From: Polynucleobacter sp.
GTDB taxonomy: Bacteria; Pseudomonadota; Gammaproteobacteria; Burkholderiales; Burkholderiaceae_D
Length of the DNA stretch: 64,000 nt
Assembly (NCBI GenBank): GCA_021737945.1
Contig: JAIPCX010000012.1
Location: forward strand, 6,665-70,664
Direction: 5' to 3'
The notes under the pieces are model-generated. The model ran no database searches. It saw only the letters and a program-made list of their open reading frames with translations, and was not told where the DNA came from. Numbering within the stretch: the stretch's first letter is position 1; every line of letters begins with the position of its first letter. Positions 19,424-28,943 of the stretch are shown in pieces. The translations under genes were made by a program, and so were the position numbers.

Positions 19424-20104
19424 TTAGTCATGTGTCAGGTCGATGATGCGTGCTAGTTCGATAACATTGTTTGCTCCGAGCTTGCTCATCATGTGCATAC
19501 GATGAAGCTTGACGGTTCTAACGGCTATCCCGAGTTTGTGGGAAATATCACGATTTAAAAGCCCTGACGCCACCATATGGGCAATCTGTGTTTCGCGGTC
19601 AGTCAGTGTGGCAATTCGACTACGAATATCTGTGGTTTGTCTTTGGTCTTCTTGTTCATGACTATTTTTTGCCAAGGCTTCACTGATAACGGCCAGCAGG
19701 TCCTCTTCCGCAAAGGGCTTAATTAGAAAGTCAACGGCTCCATTTTTTAGGGCTTGAACGGCTTCACGGGCACCACTGCCACCGCTCATGAAAACAATCG
19801 GCGCATTTTCAGAAAGTTCGTTCAGCTTCTTCTGTAATTCCAGGCCGTTCAATTCCGGCATTTTTACATCGAGAAGCAGGCAGCGTGGTCCCGGGAATTG
19901 AGGCACATTAGGATCCAGTGCGGCTATATAGGACACCGCTGAGGGAAACGATTTAGTTGCATAGCCTTCAAGTTCGAGCAGAGCCACGACCGCTTCGCGA
20001 ATAGCTGTGTCGTCATCAATGACGTAGATACAACCGCGCGCATAGCATTCCGCTTCACGTTGATCGTGAATAGTAATAACTGGTCGTATCGGCCTTTGGT
20101 TCAT
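19424..20104 (-). CDS. orphan response regulator, FixJ/NarL family
   Basis: I trimmed the track ORF (to 20233) to ATG 20104 (MNQRPIRP...). The receiver has IYVIDDD and LLLDVKMPELNGLEL. The LuxR HTH is LTDRETQIAHMVASGLLNRDISHKLGIAVRTVKLHRMHMMSKLG. No histidine kinase gene is adjacent. Confidence 0.85.
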   Translation of the reverse strand: MNQRPIRPVITIHDQREAECYARGCIYVIDDDTAIREAVVALLELEGYATKSFPSAVSYIAALDPNVPQFPGPRCLLLDVKMPELNGLELQKKLNELSENAPIVFMSGGSGAREAVQALKNGAVDFLIKPFAEEDLLAVISEALAKNSHEQEDQRQTTDIRSRIATLTDRETQIAHMVASGLLNRDISHKLGIAVRTVKLHRMHMMSKLGANNVIELARIIDLTHD

Positions 20105-20294
20105 GACGCAGATGCCTTCCCTAGTGGCAGGCGATAGAAGTCGCCCGCAGTCGGGATCTTGACAGCCTTTGCTTATGTGGCTTGCATCAAAATTACTTTT
20201 CCCGACCAGGGAATTATAGGACGCCAGCCCCACCAGAAGATTGCCCCGAGGGGCGCAGCCACTGATGCGTCAATCACACACTCATCGATACCCC

Positions 20295-20636
20295 TTACTT
20301 ACCGAAAGCCAGCCAACTTTGGCCTGGGTAAGGTGACTGCGAACGACGCTTGCGTTTACCGCCCGTTACTGGCTGCAAAAGAAGTGAGGCAGGCACTAGG
20401 TAATCGACGCTTTTTCTTATAGCCAGCATCTGCTCAGATTTTGATAGCCGCATCAAGCTGTAAATAGTTTCTCGTAAAAGGTACTGCTCACGATCGGTTT
20501 TCAAGAGGTTATCTGGGACGTTGAGGAATTCGTCTATCAACGTATCAGAGACCGTGTTTGAGTCAATCATGTGATTTTTCATATCAGTGCGCGAGTTAAT
20601 GATCGGAAATGGAAGTCTATCCATTCTTCGCTTCAA
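20295..20636 (-). CDS. hypothetical protein (weak call)
   Basis: 113-aa ORF with a TTG start and no convincing SD. It is lower in GC than the flanks and has no recognisable motif. The C-terminus is basic (GGKRKRRSQS). Confidence 0.3.
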   Translation of the reverse strand: MKRRMDRLPFPIINSRTDMKNHMIDSNTVSDTLIDEFLNVPDNLLKTDREQYLLRETIYSLMRLSKSEQMLAIRKSVDYLVPASLLLQPVTGGKRKRRSQSPYPGQSWLAFGK

Positions 20637-20712
20637 TGATAGAGGTTAGCGATTGAGGCAGATCAAGAGCCGTGAGTCATTTGATTTTTGATAAGCGTGA
20701 TGTGCAGAAAAA

Positions 20713-20766
20713 TTCATAAATCTTCATAAATCTTCATAAATCTTCATAAATCTTCATAAATCTTCA
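20713..20766. repeat. perfect tandem repeat, 10-bp unit TTCATAAATC x 5.4
   Basis: Read directly: five identical units at 20713, 20723, 20733, 20743 and 20753, plus the partial unit TTCA. It lies in the divergent intergenic region between ORF 20295..20636 (-) and the DksA/TraR gene (+). Confidence 0.97.
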
Positions 20767-20928
20767 GCTCAACTTATAACAAAAAAATACTGCAATGAGT
20801 TTCTTATCGAAGATCAAAATATTTTTTCTCATTTACCAACAGAATTGATCTCATGCGCATTGAGTCAGGCAAGTTTTTTCTAATCCTTGCCACTCATTCC
20901 CCATTCACTGCAGCGCATAGGGACGGGT

Positions 20929-21324
20929 ATGGAAAATCTTACAAAGCAAGAAAGAGTGCAGCTTAAAAAAATACTGTTGGCGCGTGATCAAACGCTGCGC
21001 GAAGAAATACGACGTGAGATCACTCTGCAAAATGAATTTGCCGAAGTGGCCAGTGAGGTGCCCGATTCGGGTGATTTGGCCTTTGCTAATCTTTCCATGG
21101 ATATCGGGAATGCGGCGGTTGCTCGTGATGCACATGAGTTGCGTGCAATTAGTTATGCCTTAAAGCGATTAGAAGGCGATTCGTACGGTGAATGTATTTC
21201 GTGCGGCTATGAGATTCCATTTAAGCGCCTAATGGCTATTCCCACCGCTGAGCGCTGCGCTCCTTGCCAAAGAAATTTTGAAAGTACTCATCATCAAGAC
21301 GGTGCGCGAGGCATGAGTATGTAA
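20929..21324 (+). CDS. DksA/TraR-family C4 zinc-finger protein
   Basis: CISCGYEIPFKRLMAIPTAERCAPCQ is a CxxC-N17-CxxC finger. A coiled-coil-like N-terminal half precedes it. I moved the start to ATG 20929 (MENLTKQE...); the track ORF begins at TTG 20887. Confidence 0.8.
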   Translation: MENLTKQERVQLKKILLARDQTLREEIRREITLQNEFAEVASEVPDSGDLAFANLSMDIGNAAVARDAHELRAISYALKRLEGDSYGECISCGYEIPFKRLMAIPTAERCAPCQRNFESTHHQDGARGMSM

Positions 21325-21483
21325 TAACTGCGTTAATCGTTATGAGCTTGGGTGCAAAGAGTGGCGCAACGTCAGTGACAACATTTTGGTAAAGTGGGTG
21401 ATCTTAGTCCAATTAGTTGCAAAACTCCCCATTCAATGAGCTCATTTAATCAAGCTAGTCCTATTGTTTTGCAATCAGTACGC

Positions 21484-23964
21484 ATGACGCAACGCGATTG
21501 GCGTGCAGGTGAACTGCGATTTTTGTTGATTGCATTGGCGCTCGCCGTAGCTGCTTTGTCAGCCGTTGGATTTTTTGTTGAGCGTTTGAATGCCGCATTG
21601 AGTCGTGATGCAGCGCAGTTATTGGGCGCCGATCTTTTAGTCCGTAGCGATTATCCCGTGCGCGAGGAGTGGCGCACAAAGGCCCAACAACTAGGGTTGG
21701 TGGTGGCTGATACCGTGACCTTTCCCAGTATGGCTACCACGGGCAAAGGTGATACAGCCGATACCCGTTTAGTTGCCGTTAAAGCGGTGACATCATCCTA
21801 CCCATTACGCGGAGCTGTTACAGTTGCGCTGAGTGGCCAACCTGCGCCCGCTAAAGCGATACCTGCCTCTGGCAGTGTATGGGTTGAATCTGCATTTTTA
21901 GCTACGCGTAGCGTTAATCTCGGTGACAAACTTCAACTCGGTGAGCGTGAATTTTTAATCGCGGGTGAAATTCTTCTCGAACAAGATCGCGGTGCTGGCT
22001 TTATGAATTTTGCACCGCGCGTGATGCTGTCATTCGATGATTTACCCTCCACGGGCTTGGTACAAAATGGTTCTCGCATTACTTACCGACTGCAATTAGC
22101 TGGTGATGCCAAGGCTATCAATCAGTATCAGCGCTGGCTGGAAGACTTGATCAAGCAAACTTCTGTGCGTGGTGTGCAGCTGGAATCACTAGAATCTGGG
22201 CGGCCTGAGATGCGCGCCACGTTGGAACGTGCGCGTCAATTTTTATCATTAGTTGGTTTGCTGACGGCGATGTTGGCTGCTTTAGCCATTGCGATTGCGG
22301 CACGCCGTTTTATGCAACGTCATCTCGATTCGTGCGCCATGCTGCGTTGCCTGGGATTAAAGCAAAACGAAGTCACTCTACTGTATCTGCTGGAATTTAC
22401 GATCATCGGTGTCGTCGGTAGTTTGTTAGGCGTGGCCTTAGGTTTTGCGGCGCACTTTTTTTTATTGAAGTGGCTGGGTTCGCTGATTACCTCCGAACTG
22501 CCGCCACCGAGTTGGTTGCCAGTAGGGCAGGGTGTAGCGACAGGTTTATTATTATTAATTGGTTTCGCTTTGCCTGCGGTCATTCAATTACGAAATGTCT
22601 CTCACAACCGAGTTATACGACGTGAGAGTGAGCCTGCACAAGGCATGACCATCGTGACCTATGCTTTAGGATTACTGTCATTTGTCGCTCTGCTGGTATG
22701 GCAGGCACGCGATCTCAAACTCGGCTTACTCACGTGCGGCGGCTTCATAGCAGGCATGCTGATTTTTATGCTGATCTCATGGCTACTACTGCGTGCCTTT
22801 CGCATTCTGCCTATTCCCGTGCAATGGCACGCTTGGCGTTTTGCTCAAACATCCTTGAAGCGCAGGCCCGCCGCGAGTGCATTGCAAATCGTGGCACTGT
22901 CACTGGGGTTAATGGCCTTGTTGTTGTTGACCCTAGTGCGTGATGATTTACTGTCTGCGTGGCGTAAATCAACTCCACCTGATGCGCCAAATCACTTCAT
23001 TATCAATATTCAGCCAGATCAACAACAGCCTCTGACTGATCGCTTGCTAGCCAGTGGCGTGAGCGATGTGAGTTTGCAGCCCATGATACGGGGCCGCTTG
23101 ATACAAGTGTCAGGTAAAGAGATACAAAGCAACAGCTATCAAGAAGAACGCGCGCAGCGCTTAGTCGAGCGTGAATTTAATCTCTCAAGCATGATTTCTA
23201 TGCCAGAGCATAACGCCATCGTCGAAGGACAATGGTTTGATGCTAGCAACGCACTAGGTGAAGCATCAGTCGAGCAAGGATTAGCTAAAACCTTGGGATT
23301 AAAGTTGGGCGACTCATTGCGTTTTGATGTGGCCGGTCAAGCGATTAATGTAAAAATCACCAGTATCCGTAAGCTCGATTGGAGCTCCATGCGGGTGAAT
23401 TTTTTCGTTATTGTGAGTCCTGATGTAGCTCAATCTTTACCTACTTCGTGGGTTACGGCATTTCATTTGCCCGCATCACAGATATCACTGGTGAGTCAAC
23501 TCGTTAAAAGCTATCCGAATCTAACGATTGTTGATGTAGGTAGTATGGTGGCTCAGGCGCAGCTGGTCATTGATCAAGTCATAGCAGCAGTTGAATTTTT
23601 ATTTATGTTCACATTAGCTGCCGGAGTTATGGTGTTGGCGGCTGCCATGTTGGTATCGCAGCACGAGCGCGCGCATGAATCAGGGTTGTTGCGTGCACTC
23701 GGTGCTACTCGCAGTCAGTTATCGCGCGCTCAGTGGGTTGAATGTTTGTTCGTTGGCAGTGCAGCGGGCAGCTTGGCCGCCACCGGTGCTAGCTTAGTCG
23801 GGTGGTTACTCGCGCATCAGGTATTCGATTTCGAATGGACTGTTAGTCCCTTGTTGTGGTGTGTCGGGCTACTAGCCGGTATCACTTGCGCATTTGCTGG
23901 CGGTTGGTTTGGTTTGCGAAATGTTCTTTCTGCACCGCCCATGCAAACATTACGCGAAGCATGA
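21484..23964 (+). CDS. FtsX-fold ABC transporter permease, YbbP-like (two FtsX domains)
   Basis: About 826 aa from ATG 21484 (MTQRDWRAGELRFLLIALAL...); the track ORF begins at 21394. It has about 10 TM segments and two large periplasmic loops. No cognate ATPase gene is adjacent. Confidence 0.8.
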   Translation: MTQRDWRAGELRFLLIALALAVAALSAVGFFVERLNAALSRDAAQLLGADLLVRSDYPVREEWRTKAQQLGLVVADTVTFPSMATTGKGDTADTRLVAVKAVTSSYPLRGAVTVALSGQPAPAKAIPASGSVWVESAFLATRSVNLGDKLQLGEREFLIAGEILLEQDRGAGFMNFAPRVMLSFDDLPSTGLVQNGSRITYRLQLAGDAKAINQYQRWLEDLIKQTSVRGVQLESLESGRPEMRATLERARQFLSLVGLLTAMLAALAIAIAARRFMQRHLDSCAMLRCLGLKQNEVTLLYLLEFTIIGVVGSLLGVALGFAAHFFLLKWLGSLITSELPPPSWLPVGQGVATGLLLLIGFALPAVIQLRNVSHNRVIRRESEPAQGMTIVTYALGLLSFVALLVWQARDLKLGLLTCGGFIAGMLIFMLISWLLLRAFRILPIPVQWHAWRFAQTSLKRRPAASALQIVALSLGLMALLLLTLVRDDLLSAWRKSTPPDAPNHFIINIQPDQQQPLTDRLLASGVSDVSLQPMIRGRLIQVSGKEIQSNSYQEERAQRLVEREFNLSSMISMPEHNAIVEGQWFDASNALGEASVEQGLAKTLGLKLGDSLRFDVAGQAINVKITSIRKLDWSSMRVNFFVIVSPDVAQSLPTSWVTAFHLPASQISLVSQLVKSYPNLTIVDVGSMVAQAQLVIDQVIAAVEFLFMFTLAAGVMVLAAAMLVSQHERAHESGLLRALGATRSQLSRAQWVECLFVGSAAGSLAATGASLVGWLLAHQVFDFEWTVSPLLWCVGLLAGITCAFAGGWFGLRNVLSAPPMQTLREA

Positions 23965-24114
23965 TGTATTTCTAAGCTACCTCCTGATCAGCGGGCATCA
24001 ATCAAGGATGTCGATTTAGCTCACCTGTCTGTGTGATAAAGCTCAACGAATAAACCACCATCCCATTCTACAGTCGCTCTGTGGCAGACATTGTGCGCAG
24101 AGAGATGAAGGGCT

Positions 24115-24680
24115 ATGTCTAGAAAAATTAGCGTTGTGTTGGCGTGTCTTGTTGTAGTCCTTGTAGGTTGTGCGTCGGTCGCGCCAGGCATACAGTTTTC
24201 CAAGAGTCGTGCCGATGTTGCAGCTGATGACGATCATCCACGCACCGAGATTATTAGCATTAACTCCGCATTAGTTCGCAAAGAGAAAGAACTACGCGAT
24301 CGGCAGGTTGCTGATGACTTGAGTTCCTTAGTATCGACCCCAAAGCCTTATGTAGTTGAAGCAGGCGATGTTTTACAAATCGTGGTGTGGGATCATCCAG
24401 AGATATCCGCGTCTATGTTGCCCGCGCCTGCGTTTGGCGTACAAGGTGGAGCCGGTGTGGCCGGCAGCCCCATGCAACCACAATCAGGTTTTGAAGTCGA
24501 CCAAAGTGGCATGCTTGATTTTCCCTATGCGGGTAAGCTAAAAGTCAGTGGACTGACATCATCAGAAATTCATACGATGTAACTACACGATTGGCACATT
24601 ACTTACGACAGCCCAAACTCAGTGTTCGTCTCCTTGCTTACCGCAGCAAGCGAGTGTATGTGGATGGCGAAGTTAGGGTG
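24115..24680 (+). pseudogene. polysaccharide export outer-membrane lipoprotein (Wza-like), frameshifted and 3'-truncated
   Basis: Lipobox LVGC/ASV and the Poly_export-like segment VVEAGDVLQIVVWDHPE are present. The ORF stops at 24582. The Wza-like sequence continues in another frame (RLAHYLRQPKLSVRLLAYRSKRVYVDGEV, 24588..24677) and then ends. Full-length Wza proteins are about 380 aa. Confidence 0.75.
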
Positions 24681-25132
24681 CTCAATAAAAGCCAACTAAA
24701 CAGCAAAAGGTTAAGAATGTTGAGCAATCCGTTGTAACTTAAGATGAGGATCAGCTCTTTGCCAGCGGCTAAGCCGACTACTACATGGGCTAATAACAGA
24801 AAAGCAAAGGCTGCCAGAAATCGTGAAAAAGGAGCGCTCTGTTTTTGTGGTGAGCTAGTCGCACTCTGGTGCGTTGCTGCTGCAGCGACAGCTACACACA
24901 ATATGAGATTGATTAAGGAAAAATAGAATAAGCCCGTACCACGTGCGTACAAGTTATTTTCTTCTTGTAGTTGTCCCCAGGTCGATGAGGAAAAAAGTAT
25001 AAGAATCGTAATGAAACCCAGCGTAACAGCGGTAGGTTGACGCCAACAAGCGGCCAGCAAAAATGGCAGCGCAATCACAGCGGCGAGTAAAACAAGAAAG
25101 GCATCGCTGGCAGCCGTAACATCCATAAACAT
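24638..25132 (-). pseudogene. truncated polytopic membrane protein (possible O-antigen/EPS polymerase or ligase fragment)
   Basis: 164-aa ORF made of 4-5 hydrophobic helices. Its 3' end runs into the wza remnant on the other strand, so its last codons are probably junction sequence. The family assignment is a guess. Confidence 0.4.
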
Positions 25133-25138
25133 ACGATT

Positions 25139-25921
25139 TTAAAATCGCATGCGGGGTTGCTCGGTGGGCCCACGATAGACAAGTTCAGCGTGGCTCGCTG
25201 CGGTAGCCGCTAAAAAGTGACGATACGTACGTAAAATACCTTCGCGTAGTGGTATGTTGGCAGACCAACCCAGTTGATTCATTTTGCTTGAATCGAGCAA
25301 TTTCCTGGGTGTGCCATCGGGTTTGCTGCGATCAAAATTGAGGTGGCCTTCGTAGCCAATAATGTCTGCTATTAGCTGCGCCAGATTAGCGATACTAATT
25401 TCTTCGCCACTACCGACATTGATATGTGAGCACTGAGGTGAGATCAAGGTATTCAGATTCTCACGCTCGTGCTGCATCAAACGCAGACAAGCCAACGCTA
25501 AATCATCAACATGCAGGAATTCTCTTAATGGCGTGCCACTACCCCAAATAAGTACTTCGCCTGCATTGGAGTGATAGGCATCGTGAATTTTTCGTAGTAG
25601 CGCAGGTAAAACATGACTACTTTCGGGATGAAAATTATCTCCCGGCCCATACAAATTAGTCGGCATCAGACTACGAAAATCTGTGCCGTATTGGCGGTTA
25701 TAACTTTCACAAAGTTTGATGCCTGCAATTTTGGCAATCGCATACGGCTCGTTGGTTGGTTCTAGCGGCCCATCAAGTAGGGCGCTTTCTCGTATCGGCT
25801 GAGTTGCTACGGACAATCGTAGTAGAGCTGCGCTGTGGGCCAATGCAAAAATGATGACGATATCGAGAACGCGCACTGCATACTCAGTCAGTGATGAATA
25901 TTCTTGGGTGATGTCCCGCAT
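25139..25921 (-). pseudogene. fcl: GDP-L-fucose synthase (Fcl/WcaG) lacking its N-terminal Rossmann third, fused to unrelated 5' sequence
   Basis: From about aa 40 the ORF reads [39 protein letters not shown]...[14 protein letters not shown]...[11 protein letters not shown]. This aligns with E. coli Fcl from about residue 118 onward. The GxxGxxG NADPH-binding N-terminus is missing. The first ~39 codons are hydrophobic and unrelated. Confidence 0.75.
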
Positions 25922-26063
25922 GTTTCGTGTCGCGTTGTTTAATTAAGTGACGAATCTGAACATTGATATTGATCAGAGTTCGTATTGGACAAGTTGTGAA
26001 TTTCATAAGTGCCGTCCGGTTGAGATCGATCAACTAAGATTCTGTGCGCTATCATTCAGACTT

Positions 26064-26465
26064 ATGAGCACCGAAAATTCAAATGAACATAGCCTGTATG
26101 AGCTGATTGGTGGGGATGCCCAGCTGCGAATGCTTGTTGACCGTTTTTATGACTTGATGGATTTAGAGCCCGAGTTCAAATCGCTGCGTGCGATGCATCC
26201 TGCTACGCTTGATGGTTCGCGTGATAAGTTGTATTTTTTCTTGTCCGGTTGGATGGGTGGCCCTGATTTATATACGCCACGCTTTGGTAATGCGTTTCTT
26301 CGAGCTCGACATTTACCATTTAAGATAGCCAGTCAAGAACGCGACGAATGGTTAACGTGCATGCTGCTGGCGATGCGGGATTTGAACTACAGCGAAGCAA
26401 CGCAGGATATCTTGCTTAATGGCTTGTTTGGTACGGCAGACTGGATGAGGAACTCACCCGGTTAG
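26064..26465 (+). CDS. glbO: group II truncated hemoglobin
   Basis: From ATG 26064 the protein reads MSTENSNEHSLYELIGGDAQLRMLVDRFYDLM...MHP...FLSGWMGGP...RH. This is typical trHbO-type sequence. The track ORF begins earlier at GTG 25947. Confidence 0.8.
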   Translation: MSTENSNEHSLYELIGGDAQLRMLVDRFYDLMDLEPEFKSLRAMHPATLDGSRDKLYFFLSGWMGGPDLYTPRFGNAFLRARHLPFKIASQERDEWLTCMLLAMRDLNYSEATQDILLNGLFGTADWMRNSPG

Positions 26466-26478
26466 ATTAGCAAGTACT

Positions 26479-27762
26479 TTAGATAAAACCATCAAAGGCT
26501 AAGACAGAGACAAGCTCACCTGCAGCGACGTCGCTTTGATTATGATCTAAAACCACCATGCAGTTAGCTTCCGACATGGAGCTAAGAATCCCCGAGCCTT
26601 GCGCACCGGTTAGCGTGACATGTTGTGTACCGCTGGTGTCTGTCGAAAGAATGGCGCGCTGATACTCAGTCCGCCCCGGTTTTTTTCGTATGGCATGCGT
26701 GCTGGCGACCTTGAGTAAGTTTTGTGTGTGTGGCTTTGTACCCATGAGCTCATAGATCGCATCGCGCGCCAAAAAATAGAATGTCGCCATGACGGCGACA
26801 GGATTTCCCGGCAATCCAAACAATAGCGCAGTACGTCCATCGCACTGAATTTTTCCAAAGGCCATAGGCCGACCGGGGCGCATGGCAATTTTGCAAAACA
26901 ATACTTCGCCTAGCCGCGCCATCATTTGTCGCGTGTAATCGGCGTCACCGGCGGATACCCCGCCGGTGGTGATGATTACATCGGCTTGTGCGCAGGCTTC
27001 ACGCAAGGTTTTTTCTAATGAGGCAGGATTGTCTTTCACCACACCCATATCAATCGGCTCGCACTGCGCGCGCACTAACATGCTGTGCAAAGTGTAGCGG
27101 TTGCTGTCATACACGCAGCCTTCATCGAGGGCTTGACCGATGGAACGTAGCTCGTCGCCAGTAGAAAAAAACGCGACGCGTGGCCGACGAATGACAGCGA
27201 TGTTGGCGATACCTAACGAAGCCAGTAAACCGATATCAGCAGGGGACAAGCGTTTTCCTTTGCGAAGTGCGACTGATCCTAAGCGCAGATCTTCGCCGGC
27301 CAGTCGGCGGTTGTCACCAGCATTCACTGTGCTCGGCGCAATACTGATGTGCGTATCGGTCGCATCACTGACTAACTCTTGCGCAATGACAGTATCGCAG
27401 CCGCGAGGAATGGCTGCGCCTGTCATGATGCGCACGCATTCACCTGATCGAACTTCATTTAGATACGGATGACCCGCGTAGGCTTTGCCAACAACGTTTA
27501 ACTTCGTAGATTTATTTAATAGGTCAGTCGCTATAAAGGCATAGCCATCCATAGCGGAATTATCATACGAGGGTACGTTGATAGGGGAGATGACATCCTG
27601 CGCAAGCACGCGCCCCAGCGTCTGTTTTAATGGCAGAGTTTCAGTTTCATTTAGCGGCGTAACACAGCGAGCTATAACCTGCTGAAGGATTTCAACTGGC
27701 AGATCGTGCTGATCGTTACCAGTGAGTAGATCAGATAGATCGGGAAGAATGGCTTGAGACAT
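26479..27762 (-). CDS. moeA: molybdopterin molybdotransferase
   Basis: 427 aa with MoeA-type sequence (SPINVPSYDNSAMDGYA, TTGGVSAGDADY). It is adjacent to moaA. Confidence 0.9.
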   Translation of the reverse strand: MSQAILPDLSDLLTGNDQHDLPVEILQQVIARCVTPLNETETLPLKQTLGRVLAQDVISPINVPSYDNSAMDGYAFIATDLLNKSTKLNVVGKAYAGHPYLNEVRSGECVRIMTGAAIPRGCDTVIAQELVSDATDTHISIAPSTVNAGDNRRLAGEDLRLGSVALRKGKRLSPADIGLLASLGIANIAVIRRPRVAFFSTGDELRSIGQALDEGCVYDSNRYTLHSMLVRAQCEPIDMGVVKDNPASLEKTLREACAQADVIITTGGVSAGDADYTRQMMARLGEVLFCKIAMRPGRPMAFGKIQCDGRTALLFGLPGNPVAVMATFYFLARDAIYELMGTKPHTQNLLKVASTHAIRKKPGRTEYQRAILSTDTSGTQHVTLTGAQGSGILSSMSEANCMVVLDHNQSDVAAGELVSVLAFDGFI

Positions 27763-27774
27763 TCGCGTGTCGGC

Positions 27775-28890
27775 TTAGCCGCCGATATACGACATTTCAA
27801 CTTTACGATCGCTGCGTGACAAGCCTTCAGTATTGATAGTGCGTAGTTCGGAGTACCGATCATCGCGCTTAGCCCACAGATGAGAAACAGCCGCGGTGAT
27901 TTCAGCATCGCTGTGCCCGTTGCGCAGTAGTGCACGTAAATCATGGCCGCCGGTGGCAAACAAACAGGTGAAGAGTTTGCCTTCGGTTGAAAGACGAGCC
28001 CGATTGCAATCACTACAGAATGCTTGAGTCACGCTAGAGATAACGCCGATTTCGCCGCTGCCATCGGTATAGCGCCAACGTTCGGCAGTCTCGCCGGTGT
28101 AGTTGGCATCAACGACTTCCAGTGGCATCGATTCACTGATACGTCGCACCACTTCGGCTGATGGAATGACTTCGTCCATTTTCCAGCCGTTTGATGCGCC
28201 AACATCCATGTATTCGATAAAGCGCAAGATGACGTCGCTGCCTTTGAAGTGGCGCGCCATGGGAACGATTTCTTGATCGTTCATGCCACCTTTAACCACC
28301 ATATTGACTTTGATCGGGCCGAGTCCGACTTGGCTGGCAACGTCAATGCCGTCGAGCACATCGGTAACGGGGAAATCGACATCATTCATACGTTTGAAGG
28401 TGGCGTCGTCGAGTGAATCGAGCGAGACGGTGACGCGTTTTAGGCCAGCATCTTTAAGTGACTGTGCTTTTTTCCCCAGCAATGACGCGTTAGTGGTCAT
28501 AGTGAGATCGAGTGGCTTGCCATCAACGGTGGTCAGCACAGCCAACATTTCGATCAGCTTTTCTATATTTTTTCGCAGTAGCGGTTCACCGCCGGTCAAA
28601 CGAATTTTTTCTACGCCATGCGCAATAAAAATTTTCGCGATGCGCGTAATTTCTTCAAACGACAGCAGGGAGCTGTGCGGTAAAAATTGATAGCTGGTGT
28701 CGAATACTTCTTTCGGCATGCAGTACACGCAGCGAAAGTTGCAGCGGTCGGTCACAGAGATACGCAAATCGCGCAAAGGTCGGCTGAGCGTGTCCGACAG
28801 CAAACCGTTAGCAGGCGTCAGTACGTCTGGAATATGGGGCACGGCATGCAGATATCGCAGGTCGGCTACGGGAATGATGCGCTCGGTCAT
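27775..28890 (-). CDS. moaA: GTP 3',8-cyclase (molybdenum cofactor biosynthesis protein A)
   Basis: The radical-SAM motif [10 protein letters not shown] is present. A C-terminal second cluster motif [18 protein letters not shown] is also present. Confidence 0.92.
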   Translation of the reverse strand: MTERIIPVADLRYLHAVPHIPDVLTPANGLLSDTLSRPLRDLRISVTDRCNFRCVYCMPKEVFDTSYQFLPHSSLLSFEEITRIAKIFIAHGVEKIRLTGGEPLLRKNIEKLIEMLAVLTTVDGKPLDLTMTTNASLLGKKAQSLKDAGLKRVTVSLDSLDDATFKRMNDVDFPVTDVLDGIDVASQVGLGPIKVNMVVKGGMNDQEIVPMARHFKGSDVILRFIEYMDVGASNGWKMDEVIPSAEVVRRISESMPLEVVDANYTGETAERWRYTDGSGEIGVISSVTQAFCSDCNRARLSTEGKLFTCLFATGGHDLRALLRNGHSDAEITAAVSHLWAKRDDRYSELRTINTEGLSRSDRKVEMSYIGG

Positions 28891-28943
28891 GTGAGTTAAC
28901 TACGACGGTGATGCGGGTATTCGGCACCCCACTCAATGCGAGG

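Noticed and set aside
20713-20766. Possibility that the tandem repeat is a CRISPR array
   Set aside because: The units are 10 bp and directly abutting with no spacers, and no cas genes are present in the window. It is a simple tandem repeat.
28283-28690. 135-aa ORF on the plus strand
   Set aside because: It is antisense to moaA.
28891-28943. Moco riboswitch upstream of moaA
   Set aside because: Only 53 nt separate moaA from the chrA stop. That is too short for the ~130-nt Moco RNA motif, and no conserved motif elements are visible.
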